Shown: positions 18,914-27,339 of the stretch, in pieces
Numbering within the stretch: position 1 is the stretch's first letter
How the letters are laid out: each line of letters begins with the position of its first letter
Virus record (IMG/VR): IMGVR_UViG_3300028550_003611
Span: 1-52,878 of that record
Reading direction: 5' to 3' (one strand)
Length of the DNA: 52,878 nucleotides
Origin: a virus
Lineage: Duplodnaviria; Caudoviricetes
The notes under the pieces: model-generated
What the model was told of the DNA's origin: nothing
The model's input: the letters and a program-made list of their open reading frames with translations, nothing else
Databases searched by the model: none
Translations under genes and position numbers: made by a program

Positions 18914-19156
18914 TTAAATTATATCTTTTAATTCTTCCTCAATAGTATCGTCTATGACTTGTATAACTTTGTTTACTAGTATACTTACGTCATTAGCTAC
19001 CTCTACTGTTAATACTTTATCTAATTCCTTAGATATACCATTAATACTATGTCTCATTTTATGTTTAAACCGTGTTTCTCCTACGGTTTCATCTAATAAT
19101 TCTTGTAGTAATAATGCTGCGGCAAATATTTTTAATTCTAGATTATCTTGCTTCAT
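18914..19156 (-). CDS. Hypothetical protein
   Basis: ORF in operon. Confidence 0.6.
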   Translation of the reverse strand: MKQDNLELKIFAAALLLQELLDETVGETRFKHKMRHSINGISKELDKVLTVEVANDVSILVNKVIQVIDDTIEEELKDII

Positions 19157-19332
19157 AACTGTCCCATTGAATTAGATCTAAAACTTGCACATCCTGTTTT
19201 AGGAGTTTTTAAATCCATATACTCACCACATTCACATTGAACGTCGTGCCTTACTTTGTCTTCAATTACTTTGATAGTTACACCATTTTGAGGTTTTTCT
19301 GCCTTACACTTAGGGCATATAAAATCAATCAT
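19153..19332 (-). CDS. Small zinc-ribbon protein (59 aa; not in the ORF track)
   Basis: Manual translation MIDFICPKCK...VQCECGEYM...; ATGA overlap with the downstream gene. Confidence 0.65.
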   Translation of the reverse strand: MIDFICPKCKAEKPQNGVTIKVIEDKVRHDVQCECGEYMDLKTPKTGCASFRSNSMGQL

Positions 19333-19441
19333 CTTGTTCCCCAGTTATAAATTCACAGTGCTCCAGACAATCTGGGCATATACCCATTTCGGTATCGATG
19401 GTGGATGCTCCACAGCAGTCACTAAATATTTCTTCTTCCAT
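19325..19441 (-). CDS. Tiny Cys-rich protein (38 aa)
   Basis: MEEEIFSDCCGA...GICPDCLEHCEF; this ATG immediately follows the upstream stop. Confidence 0.65.
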   Translation of the reverse strand: MEEEIFSDCCGASTIDTEMGICPDCLEHCEFITGEQDD

Positions 19442-19442
19442 G

Positions 19443-19631
19443 TTAGTATATAGTTGTTGGGAACCATTTCTCATCAATTTGAGTTGATAGCCCGGTGTGA
19501 AAAGATTCAACAATCCATAGACCACGGCCTACTTTTTCTATTAACTCAACTTGCTCTGCAGCAAGTTCATTTGGGACATCCATATCGTCTGTTAACTCGA
19601 TGACATCACCTACTTCATATATTATCTTCAT
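19443..19631 (-). CDS. Hypothetical protein (SH3-like pattern)
   Basis: YEVGDVIEL start; ATGA overlap with the polA stop. Confidence 0.6.
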   Translation of the reverse strand: MKIIYEVGDVIELTDDMDVPNELAAEQVELIEKVGRGLWIVESFHTGLSTQIDEKWFPTTIY

Positions 19632-21517
19632 TTTTCCCAGGTTTTAGAAATGTTTGTGTCTGCTTTAAGCAAACCGTTAGGGATAACAACTTTAGCAGCT
19701 GTTTCCATTAATTCAGTCATTATTTTTTTCCATTTATCAGCGTATTCTTCCTCACAAATAGTATCTATCTGATCGTGTACAGTCATTATAATCTTAACAG
19801 GAAGATTATCTTTTTTAATCTTGTTATGAATATATATAAGTGCTAATTTTGTCATGTCAGCACTTGATCCTTGAATTGGGGTGTTTTTAGATGCTCTTTC
19901 AATTGACCCAAACTCTGCACCTTTATCAGAATACATTTTTGGATACCAATTGTCAAACCATCGTCGTCTTTTAAATGGTTTAAACGTACGTATATAACCG
20001 TTCTTAACCCCAAACTCCCCAAGTTTATCTAAAAATCCTTTGATAGATGGGAAAGCTTTAAAGTATTGTGTGATAAGAGCTTTAGCTTCTGTCATAGATA
20101 CCCCAATAGTTTCAGACAATTTCTTAGGGCCCATACCATAAGCAAGGCCAAAGTTAACTGTCTTTACATTTGTTCGTAATAACTTATGCTTAGGGCAATT
20201 ACATTTTTCTTTTGAAGACATGTATTTACAATCTTCTTCAGCAGAATTTGCCCATTTATCTCCATATACAAGGTCAGCACATACTGAATGAAGGTCTTGT
20301 CCTTGCTCTAATGCTTTTAACCACACTGGATCTTGACTACCGTAAGCAATAACATTAAGCTCTTGAGATGAATAATCTGATGATACAAATACCCATCCTT
20401 CAGGTGCTAAGAAACAGTTCCTGTATATATTATTCCCAGGTATCTGTTGCATATTAGGTTTACTAGAAGACACTCTCCCGGTGTCAAGTATTTGAGAGAA
20501 GTTAGTATGAATTTTATTGTCAGCCTTATTTAGATATTTAAAGAATTGTTCGCCATAAGCTGCTGATAATTTAGCTTGCTCTTTGTATTGAATATATCTT
20601 TTAATTATCTCATTCTTTTTGTGCTTAAGCAAGTTCTTACCGTTAACATCTTCAAGTTCTGGTATCATGTTCTGAAATAGTCGTAGTACTTGACTTGGGG
20701 AATTCCAGTTTATATATGTATTCTTAACATTGTTTGAAAACAAATCTCCTTGAATAGGGAGATTATATTTCTGCAATTGAGGGTGACTTACAACAGCATT
20801 ATCTAATACCTGAATACTTTCAAAAGTTTTCTTAGTATTTATATCAGATAATCCTAACCATCTTTTTTGGTCTAACAGAATACCTTCGTATTCTATTTCA
20901 GAGAATACTATTACTGCTTTGTTTTCCAAATCTGTAACAGCTTCAAGATTTAAGTTTTTAATCTCAACTAATTGCTTTTCTCGTATGCTGATTAAATACA
21001 AGACATCCATTGCCCCGTATTCAATTTGCGAATAAGTAAAAGGTCTCCCTTGTAAATTAAGAAATGAGTTGCGTTCTTCCTTGCTAAGTGTTATATCAAG
21101 ACGTCGAGATAATGTGTTAGCTAGAGATACACTCATTGATGCTTTCCCGCATGTAATTAGCTTTTCTTGTAGCATAGTATCACACACGTTAACTAAATCA
21201 GCCCCAACCCATCTCTTGATGAACTTGTAATCGAACTTAGCGTTATGCAATACCTTAACGATGTTAGGGTTCTCAATAACACCGCGTAGATCACTGATGC
21301 TAACCTCTCTTGTGTCAATAACAAACTGTGTGTCTTGATCCCCAATCTGGAACATAGTCATTCTATCGTTTAGGAAATCAAATCCCTCGGTCTCTGTATC
21401 AATAGCCAATACTGTCTTACTGTTGCAATAGTTTATGCAGGTCTGCAGCGAACAATTATGATAGTGATTAGACGTTTGAATAGATTTGTTACCGATGAAT
21501 TTGATATTTGGTTTCAT
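19628..21517 (-). CDS. polA: Family A DNA polymerase with 3'-5' exonuclease
   Basis: Exo DTETEG, HNAKFD, YGAMD; TGRVSS..PNMQQIP; motif A DYSSQEL; motif B KTVNFGLAYG; NTPIQG; motif C VHDQ. Confidence 0.95.
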   Translation of the reverse strand: MKPNIKFIGNKSIQTSNHYHNCSLQTCINYCNSKTVLAIDTETEGFDFLNDRMTMFQIGDQDTQFVIDTREVSISDLRGVIENPNIVKVLHNAKFDYKFIKRWVGADLVNVCDTMLQEKLITCGKASMSVSLANTLSRRLDITLSKEERNSFLNLQGRPFTYSQIEYGAMDVLYLISIREKQLVEIKNLNLEAVTDLENKAVIVFSEIEYEGILLDQKRWLGLSDINTKKTFESIQVLDNAVVSHPQLQKYNLPIQGDLFSNNVKNTYINWNSPSQVLRLFQNMIPELEDVNGKNLLKHKKNEIIKRYIQYKEQAKLSAAYGEQFFKYLNKADNKIHTNFSQILDTGRVSSSKPNMQQIPGNNIYRNCFLAPEGWVFVSSDYSSQELNVIAYGSQDPVWLKALEQGQDLHSVCADLVYGDKWANSAEEDCKYMSSKEKCNCPKHKLLRTNVKTVNFGLAYGMGPKKLSETIGVSMTEAKALITQYFKAFPSIKGFLDKLGEFGVKNGYIRTFKPFKRRRWFDNWYPKMYSDKGAEFGSIERASKNTPIQGSSADMTKLALIYIHNKIKKDNLPVKIIMTVHDQIDTICEEEYADKWKKIMTELMETAAKVVIPNGLLKADTNISKTWEK

Positions 21518-21699
21518 GTGCTTGAATTTAAATGTTTCATCATAATAATTAATGATGCCTCTGCTTGTTGCAGTGTTAAGGTTCTACCTCTAAAGTTTAT
21601 TTCTGTTTCTCCTTTGTGCTTAGCCTTGTTAATTGCAGCCTTAAAGCTATAGTATTCTTGGTCTTCTATGAGACCAAATAAGTATTTCATTTTCCCCAT
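21514..21699 (-). CDS. Hypothetical protein
   Basis: Short ORF overlapping the polA start. Confidence 0.6.
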   Translation of the reverse strand: MGKMKYLFGLIEDQEYYSFKAAINKAKHKGETEINFRGRTLTLQQAEASLIIMMKHLNSST

Positions 21700-21743
21700 T
21701 AGTTCTACGTTTGAATAAAGTGTGTTTGAATGTATGCCATAAT

Positions 21744-21797
21744 AAAAAAGGGGGAACAGAAAGAGAGAATGCGTTACTCTCTGACTGTTCCTTTCCC
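21744..21797 (-). terminator. Intrinsic terminator (long bulged stem)
   Basis: Minus strand GGAACAG-TCA-GAGAG...CTCTC-TTT-CTGTTCC followed by CCCTTTTTT, just after the stop at 21825. Confidence 0.75.
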
Positions 21798-21824
21798 TTC
21801 CTTATTTTGCATCGTTAACCAATT

Positions 21825-22424
21825 TTACGATGCAAGGCCTGTATTAGCTACGTTAACCTTTGGGTTAGCTGGCGATGATTGTGTCCCAACTGATTTGTTT
21901 GGGTCTACAAAGCTATGCTCAACTAAACCTGCCGATGTCAACTTAGTGTGACGATAGACAGGCATTAGTGCCCCATTGATTGGGTTAACAGCTGTTACGA
22001 TTTCCCCTGTTTTAGGGTTAACCTTTGGAGTCTGACTTGTAGAATAAGGATTCTTTGTGAAGTTTTCTGTGACTTCGACTCCTGTGTCTACTATAGTTCC
22101 GTCTTCCATAGTATAGAGAATGTCAGCAAAATGCTGTGGAGCACCTGGTGCAGTGCAATCCCCTATTGTACTCCCAAGTAACTCTGCAATTCTGTCTGCA
22201 TTGTAAGAGCGAATAGCCGTTACATTGGTTGTATTACCATAGCCTTGTGAGCCTTGCTCAATGCTAATGAGTACGTCTTCAACAGAATTGTTTGAAGTAG
22301 GTTTCTCTACTTGCTGCTGAAATTGTACGCTACACTGATTCTTATCGCTGTTTTGGTTGAACCACCACTTGCGAATAACTACTTTGCCTGTTTCGAGGCT
22401 TGTTTGATAGGAAGTATTTCCCAT
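21825..22424 (-). CDS. Hypothetical early protein (199 aa)
   Basis: Long ORF with AT-rich leader and its own terminator. Confidence 0.7.
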   Translation of the reverse strand: MGNTSYQTSLETGKVVIRKWWFNQNSDKNQCSVQFQQQVEKPTSNNSVEDVLISIEQGSQGYGNTTNVTAIRSYNADRIAELLGSTIGDCTAPGAPQHFADILYTMEDGTIVDTGVEVTENFTKNPYSTSQTPKVNPKTGEIVTAVNPINGALMPVYRHTKLTSAGLVEHSFVDPNKSVGTQSSPANPKVNVANTGLAS

Positions 22425-22571
22425 GATTGAAAATAAATTAAATGTTGGATATGTTGAAGAGGCCCATATCCTTAGCCTTGTATTGCGATTATGATAGTGA
22501 TGACATCGGGAGAGAGATGCTCATCTTGCATCTTTTAAGATAACTCTCCGTTTGTCCATCACTATATAGAT

Positions 22572-22733
22572 TTAGTGGTAAGCTGCACAATTAGCTGTGT
22601 CAGGGTTACCGTATACGTTAGTTGCCTTAGTTGATGAACAACCAAATAGACAAAATATTGCAAGGCTAATGCCTAATATAAACATCGTGATTGATGCAAA
22701 CTTAAACCGAGGTGAGTCTGTATTTTGTATCAC
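22572..22733 (-). CDS. Small predicted lipoprotein (53 aa; not in the ORF track)
   Basis: GTG start overlaps the upstream TGA; ...FILGISLAIFCLFGC-SSTKATNVYGNPDTANCAAYH has a hydrophobic stretch plus lipobox-like LFGC. Confidence 0.55.
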   Translation of the reverse strand: MIQNTDSPRFKFASITMFILGISLAIFCLFGCSSTKATNVYGNPDTANCAAYH

Positions 22734-22927
22734 GATAGTTTAGATTGAGTGTCAAGTGTTTCTACAATTAGCTCAAGTTTAGATTCTTCTTGATGTAGCG
22801 CATTTACTTCTTTGCGTATTTGAGTAATTCTGTTTAGTGCAGCATCTCGTAAATCTTTTTGATTATCTATATGCTGCTTGTAATCCTGTTGGATTGCTGT
22901 TAATTGAATGTTTGCTTCTTGATACAT
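22730..22927 (-). CDS. Small coiled-coil protein
   Basis: Heptad-like Q/L/E pattern. Confidence 0.6.
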   Translation of the reverse strand: MYQEANIQLTAIQQDYKQHIDNQKDLRDAALNRITQIRKEVNALHQEESKLELIVETLDTQSKLS

Positions 22928-23035
22928 TTTGTTTGGCTTTAAAGAATTAGTTATTGTAACAGCTAAGGATTCTATCCTTTTCTTCGCTGTAGTATAGTTC
23001 GTAAGTATAATCGTCAGTTTCGTCTTCCATAATGA

Positions 23036-23419
23036 TTAGAATTGTCCGTAGTCCATATTGTCAAGAGCATTTGCTTGAAATGCTTTAGTGATATTGCAAT
23101 TAGTTTTAGTTAGAATAGGGTCAGAGTGAATTGTTTCTTCAGCCTCTTCAAATCTTAGTCTCTTTTGTTCTTCCACTAAATCTTCGTGGTCTTGTTGTGA
23201 CCAGCCTTTCTCAGGTTGTTTCTCGCTCATGCTTGTTAAGAATTGGTCTAACTCGTTAGCTATGTCAGATGCTGTAAGAGATTTTCTTGGGAATTCTTGT
23301 TTAATTGTTTCCTCGAGGTCAGCTATGTAAAGCCCTAGTCTTGCAACTGTTTCGGTTAGCTCTGCATTTTGTAGTTTTAGTTCTGTTATTAGAACGTTGT
23401 CGGATTTAGAATGGTCCAT
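23036..23419 (-). CDS. Hypothetical acidic coiled-coil early protein
   Basis: ORF with AT-rich leader. Confidence 0.6.
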   Translation of the reverse strand: MDHSKSDNVLITELKLQNAELTETVARLGLYIADLEETIKQEFPRKSLTASDIANELDQFLTSMSEKQPEKGWSQQDHEDLVEEQKRLRFEEAEETIHSDPILTKTNCNITKAFQANALDNMDYGQF

Positions 23420-23454
23420 AATGTTATAGAGTTTAATATAGTGAGAATGCCATA

Positions 23455-23640
23455 GCCTGAATTAGGGAGGAATGTATGCTTGAATAGATTGGTACGCATG
23501 CATACACGTTTGCCTTATCCTAAGCCTATTGCCATGACGATGTATCGCTATGGTCTTTGATTGAGGCCTGAATAGATTGATTGATTGCCTGAATAGAATG
23601 CCTAACTGCCATTCGAATATGATAGTGATTAGCCTGAGTG
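23455..23640. repeat. Cluster of short direct repeats GC(C/T)TGAATAGA(T/A)TG
   Basis: Copies at 23478-23491, 23566-23579 and 23587-23600; partial GCCTGA copies at 23455 and 23632. Confidence 0.7.
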
Positions 23641-23678
23641 TTTGTTTGCCTGTCTGTGATTGACTTGTTAACGATTGC

Positions 23679-23705
23679 AAAAAAGGGCCAGCGTAATGCT
23701 GACCC
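23679..23705 (-). terminator. Intrinsic terminator
   Basis: Minus strand GGGTCAGC-ATTAC-GCTGGCCC-TTTTTT, just after the stop at 23712. Confidence 0.85.
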
Positions 23706-23711
23706 AGTTTC

Positions 23712-24095
23712 TTATTTCGGTCCGTGATAATATTCTTCATCACTCATCTGTCCCTCATCCCATTGACACCAACGATCATGCTCTTCAGCTTTTAGCTTAG
23801 CATAATAGTTGGCTTCTCCAAAATAAGCGTTGAACATTTCAACAACATCTGGAGACAGAAGACAACAGTTCTCGACATCAAAGTTATCATCGAGTCTATG
23901 CACTACCGATGCAAAGGTCTCGATAGTTGCCTCAAGGTCTGCCTTCACCTCTCCCTCGTACTCCTCACGTGCAGACTGCTCTTCATTGTAAGAGATTTTT
24001 TCTTTAAGAAGAGCGATATACTTATCACTAACCTCCTTAAGCATTGCCTTCACTTCCGAGAGTTCTTTCTCGAGTGAGTATGTGCGATAGCTCAT
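23712..24095 (-). CDS. Hypothetical acidic early protein
   Basis: ATGA-coupled ORF followed by a terminator. Confidence 0.7.
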   Translation of the reverse strand: MSYRTYSLEKELSEVKAMLKEVSDKYIALLKEKISYNEEQSAREEYEGEVKADLEATIETFASVVHRLDDNFDVENCCLLSPDVVEMFNAYFGEANYYAKLKAEEHDRWCQWDEGQMSDEEYYHGPK

Positions 24096-24292
24096 AATGA
24101 TAGTGAGTTAAACTCTCTAAGTAGTCTACCAGCACGAGTGTGTGACCCTCCTGTAGAGAACTTATGATTAGGAGCAAGCTTAGTGAGAAAGTCAAGAAAC
24201 TTACCTATCGTAATGAACCTGTAGTTACGAGCGACAGTTAAGAAGTCGTCACTAAACAGTTCAGCGTGTGTGAGGATGTGCTTGCGTCTCAT
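24092..24292 (-). CDS. Hypothetical protein
   Basis: ATGA overlaps at both ends. Confidence 0.6.
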   Translation of the reverse strand: MRRKHILTHAELFSDDFLTVARNYRFITIGKFLDFLTKLAPNHKFSTGGSHTRAGRLLREFNSLSL

Positions 24293-24510
24293 ACGTCGTG
24301 CTTTAGCATATGTTCCTCAGCCCCTTGCTCTAAATCTTCCCAGATTCGACGTTCAAGCTGATGCACTTTATCACGAAGCATATCGTTCTCAGTTCTAAGC
24401 TGTATGTATCCCTTGATGTAATCAACAAGGAAGATAGACATCACAAGCAGACCCACAACAACCGAAGTTGCTATGAGTACTGCGAGAGATGTGTGCAGTA
24501 AAGCACTCAT
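24289..24510 (-). CDS. Small membrane-anchored protein
   Basis: N-terminal hydrophobic helix followed by a coiled coil; TAATG coupling to the upstream gene. Confidence 0.65.
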   Translation of the reverse strand: MSALLHTSLAVLIATSVVVGLLVMSIFLVDYIKGYIQLRTENDMLRDKVHQLERRIWEDLEQGAEEHMLKHDV

Positions 24511-24902
24511 TAGAACGTCTGATTTACAGCGATACCTACACGCTGTCTACACGCTATAAGCGAGAAGTCAGGGTACTCAGCTGTTACACGACCTACGATG
24601 AGGTCATACGGAGGCATCACAGCGTCAGCTTGACCTGCCTCGACCCACTTATGTGCGAGAGGCACAGAGATGGTGAGCTCCTTGCCGTTGTGTATCACAG
24701 CCTGATTAGTCTGAGCCCACAAGACACGGATGTAGTCACCCTTGCCTACTGACCTAGTAGGTACATACTGAATAGTCCAAGCATTAGGACACACTCCAGA
24801 ATTAGGCTCGAAGGGTAAGCCTTGAGATAAACACGCTTGCTTTCGCATCTCAGCGAGTTTGACGGCCATAGGCTGACCGATGCCATTAGAAGAATTTTCC
24901 AT
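24510..24902 (-). CDS. Hypothetical protein, probably the first gene of the early arm
   Basis: ATG at 24902 (MENSSNG) preferred over the GTG at 25025; start uncertain. Confidence 0.55.
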   Translation of the reverse strand: MENSSNGIGQPMAVKLAEMRKQACLSQGLPFEPNSGVCPNAWTIQYVPTRSVGKGDYIRVLWAQTNQAVIHNGKELTISVPLAHKWVEAGQADAVMPPYDLIVGRVTAEYPDFSLIACRQRVGIAVNQTF

Positions 24903-25052
24903 AGTGATGGGAAATTTTGCTGTACGTACTAGATTAGCTTCAGTACAGCTGGTTTTTGGCCGTGGGGGTATCCCAAAGCTCGAGTGCTCGGTGGGGTCAT
25001 TGATTGAATTGGGTAACACTCTCACAAACCAAGAAAATTTTTCTAATTTTTT

Positions 25053-27338
25053 TTATGACGGCTTAATAGACATTACCGTCTGCCCTTTAGGAATTTTATT
25101 TTTTTCCTTTTCTAAAGCTTTTTCCTCTGATAATTTTTTATTGTGTGCTATTATATCATTACGATTATCCTTATATCTTTGTATTTGCTTTTTAGTCATC
25201 CCCTTTAAACCTAAAGACGATCTTAACTTTCTTACTGCAGGTCTCCCATACGGAAATTTCTTGACACCTTTCTGAGCTTTACGCCTAACACCTCCTCTTC
25301 GTAAATTATACTTACTAGAATTTTTTCTCCCCCCTAGTTTAAATTCTGGACCCCCAGAAGTAGGATCATTGTTTTCTTCACCTAAAACTGTGATTGCTGT
25401 TCCTGCAGCAGCACCTGTTATAACAGGAGAATACTTTAGAAGATTCATAAGAGAAATAGCTTTTTCTGTTTCTGAGCCCCCTTTAAGAATTTTAAATAAG
25501 TCTTCCCCTCCTTTAGCTTTCATAGCTTCTTTTAAAACTTCAATTCCATCGACTCCAGCTTCTGAGAGTTCTGAAAAATCCCCAATAGCAATTTTTGATT
25601 CATCCAAATGCGACATCCCTGAAAATCGTTTATATCCATTTATCTCGGTTGAAAGAAACTTTCTTACTTCTTGAGTTCGTGCTGTAATTTCTTCTGCAGT
25701 AGCATAATATTTATTCAGACTCTCATCAGGTTGATAATATCTATTACCTTTAGTAACAGGAGAATATGCATCATCTACAAAAAGAGAGAGTTTATCTTTA
25801 ACAACTTTACCTGCATCAGTCTTTAAAAAGTGAAAAGTATTTTTATGATTTAATTCATGAATTCCTGTTGATGTAATACCCTCTTTGTTATACGTTTCCA
25901 ACCAATGAGTCTTGTCTCCTTTATTTTTTCCCCAAAGATTTTGCACAAAGGTTTTAGTTTTACCTTTAGACAGAGGATAAGCAAGTTCATTTACAAAAGC
26001 TTTATCTTTAATAGCTCCCCAAGATGAATGATCTGGCAGATATACTCCCCCAGACTCTGATATATGTGAAGATTTGTGTGCATTATGCCCTTTCTCAAGC
26101 GTACTTTTAGCTCCTTTATCAAAAACTTTACCTATATCATTTCCTTCTGCCATTGATTTTTCTGCAGCAAAGGCATCTCTTACAGCATCATCCCCATACT
26201 TTGCTATTAAATCTTTCATAGGATCCATACTGTTTTTAGGATTCCATAAAGGATCACTCATTATTTCAATTTGCTTCTTATTTATTGTAGGATATAACTC
26301 CTCAAAATGTTTTCGTATTTTAGGATCTTTATAAAATCCTTGACTAAATTCATCTGCTTCTTTTAGTGCAGAATTAAATTCTTTTTTAAACGGTGATTCT
26401 AAAATCTGTCTGCCCTTTATTCTTGCTGAAGACATATTCTTTAAATGATTTTTAACTGGGGCAGATACACTTTTAAGTCCTCCTTTAATTGTTTCTTTAA
26501 CTGCTGATTGTCCTGGAATTACTATTCCTGGTAGTGCTCCTAGAGTATTAAATCCAGCTTCTAAATATTCTCCTCTACCTAAATTTCCTGCAACCCTACT
26601 CCCATAATCTACCCATGCAGCTGGGTTAACAACATCAAGAGCCATATCTTGAGGAGTTTTCCCAATACCTCCCCTTGCGTCATACTCCGCTGGAGTTAAA
26701 CTTAATCCTTCTGTTGCAGGATGACTAAGTGCTTTCCAAGATTTAATTGGGGAACCAGCCATTTCTAAAAATCCTACTTCTTTTGTTTCATCTTTATCCG
26801 GGGCTTGAGAAATTGTACCTTGATCATGAATTTTATCGTACAATTCTGTTTTTTTATCAATTTCTTTTTTAGTTTTTACAACTTGTGCAAAATTCGCTCC
26901 TCCATCCGTTGCATCTAATAAACTAGAAACACTAGGAACATTTACTTTAGTATTGTCTGATTTAGTAGTAGTGCCTGTTACTAAATTTTGACCTATTGGG
27001 GAACCATATTTGTCTAACCCATTCTGAGCTCTTATTCTAGAGTTCTTTTTCTTTGCGTATTCAGGACTTAACAGTATCCCTTGCTCAGCTTTCTTTCTAC
27101 TCCAAAACCTAAATGGTTTTCTCTTGCTCCCTTTTTTACGACTTTTTTCTTTTCTACTTTTATTAGTACTAGAGTTCTCACTTGTTGTACTCCCATCTGG
27201 TTGATGACTTACATCTTTATTGTCATTATTACCATACGTTCCGTTTGTATGATTAATCTTATTTAACTCCGTACGGTTACTTATTGCCTTTTTAGAAGAT
27301 TGAAAATCTAAATATTCTTGTCTGTAGTCTCTCCCCAT
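25053..27338 (-). CDS. Mosaic 761-aa protein: degenerate HNH-like N-terminus, zincin metallopeptidase motif, basic tail
   Basis: RDYRQEY...NKDVSH...ENSSTN; GIHELNH (25845-25859) followed by YY...EEITAR. Confidence 0.6.
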   Translation of the reverse strand: MGRDYRQEYLDFQSSKKAISNRTELNKINHTNGTYGNNDNKDVSHQPDGSTTSENSSTNKSRKEKSRKKGSKRKPFRFWSRKKAEQGILLSPEYAKKKNSRIRAQNGLDKYGSPIGQNLVTGTTTKSDNTKVNVPSVSSLLDATDGGANFAQVVKTKKEIDKKTELYDKIHDQGTISQAPDKDETKEVGFLEMAGSPIKSWKALSHPATEGLSLTPAEYDARGGIGKTPQDMALDVVNPAAWVDYGSRVAGNLGRGEYLEAGFNTLGALPGIVIPGQSAVKETIKGGLKSVSAPVKNHLKNMSSARIKGRQILESPFKKEFNSALKEADEFSQGFYKDPKIRKHFEELYPTINKKQIEIMSDPLWNPKNSMDPMKDLIAKYGDDAVRDAFAAEKSMAEGNDIGKVFDKGAKSTLEKGHNAHKSSHISESGGVYLPDHSSWGAIKDKAFVNELAYPLSKGKTKTFVQNLWGKNKGDKTHWLETYNKEGITSTGIHELNHKNTFHFLKTDAGKVVKDKLSLFVDDAYSPVTKGNRYYQPDESLNKYYATAEEITARTQEVRKFLSTEINGYKRFSGMSHLDESKIAIGDFSELSEAGVDGIEVLKEAMKAKGGEDLFKILKGGSETEKAISLMNLLKYSPVITGAAAGTAITVLGEENNDPTSGGPEFKLGGRKNSSKYNLRRGGVRRKAQKGVKKFPYGRPAVRKLRSSLGLKGMTKKQIQRYKDNRNDIIAHNKKLSEEKALEKEKNKIPKGQTVMSIKPS

Positions 27339-27339
27339 A

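Noticed and set aside
22947-23030. 27-aa acidic ORF (MEDETDDYTYELYY...)
   Set aside because: Fits the gap but is too short to support without homologues
23455-23640. Mini CRISPR array
   Set aside because: Repeats are only ~14 bp with irregular spacing (88 and 21 bp), and there are no cas genes
23462-23743. 93-aa ORF as a real gene
   Set aside because: Starts inside the upstream gene, crosses a strong terminator, and its sequence simply mirrors the DNA repeats
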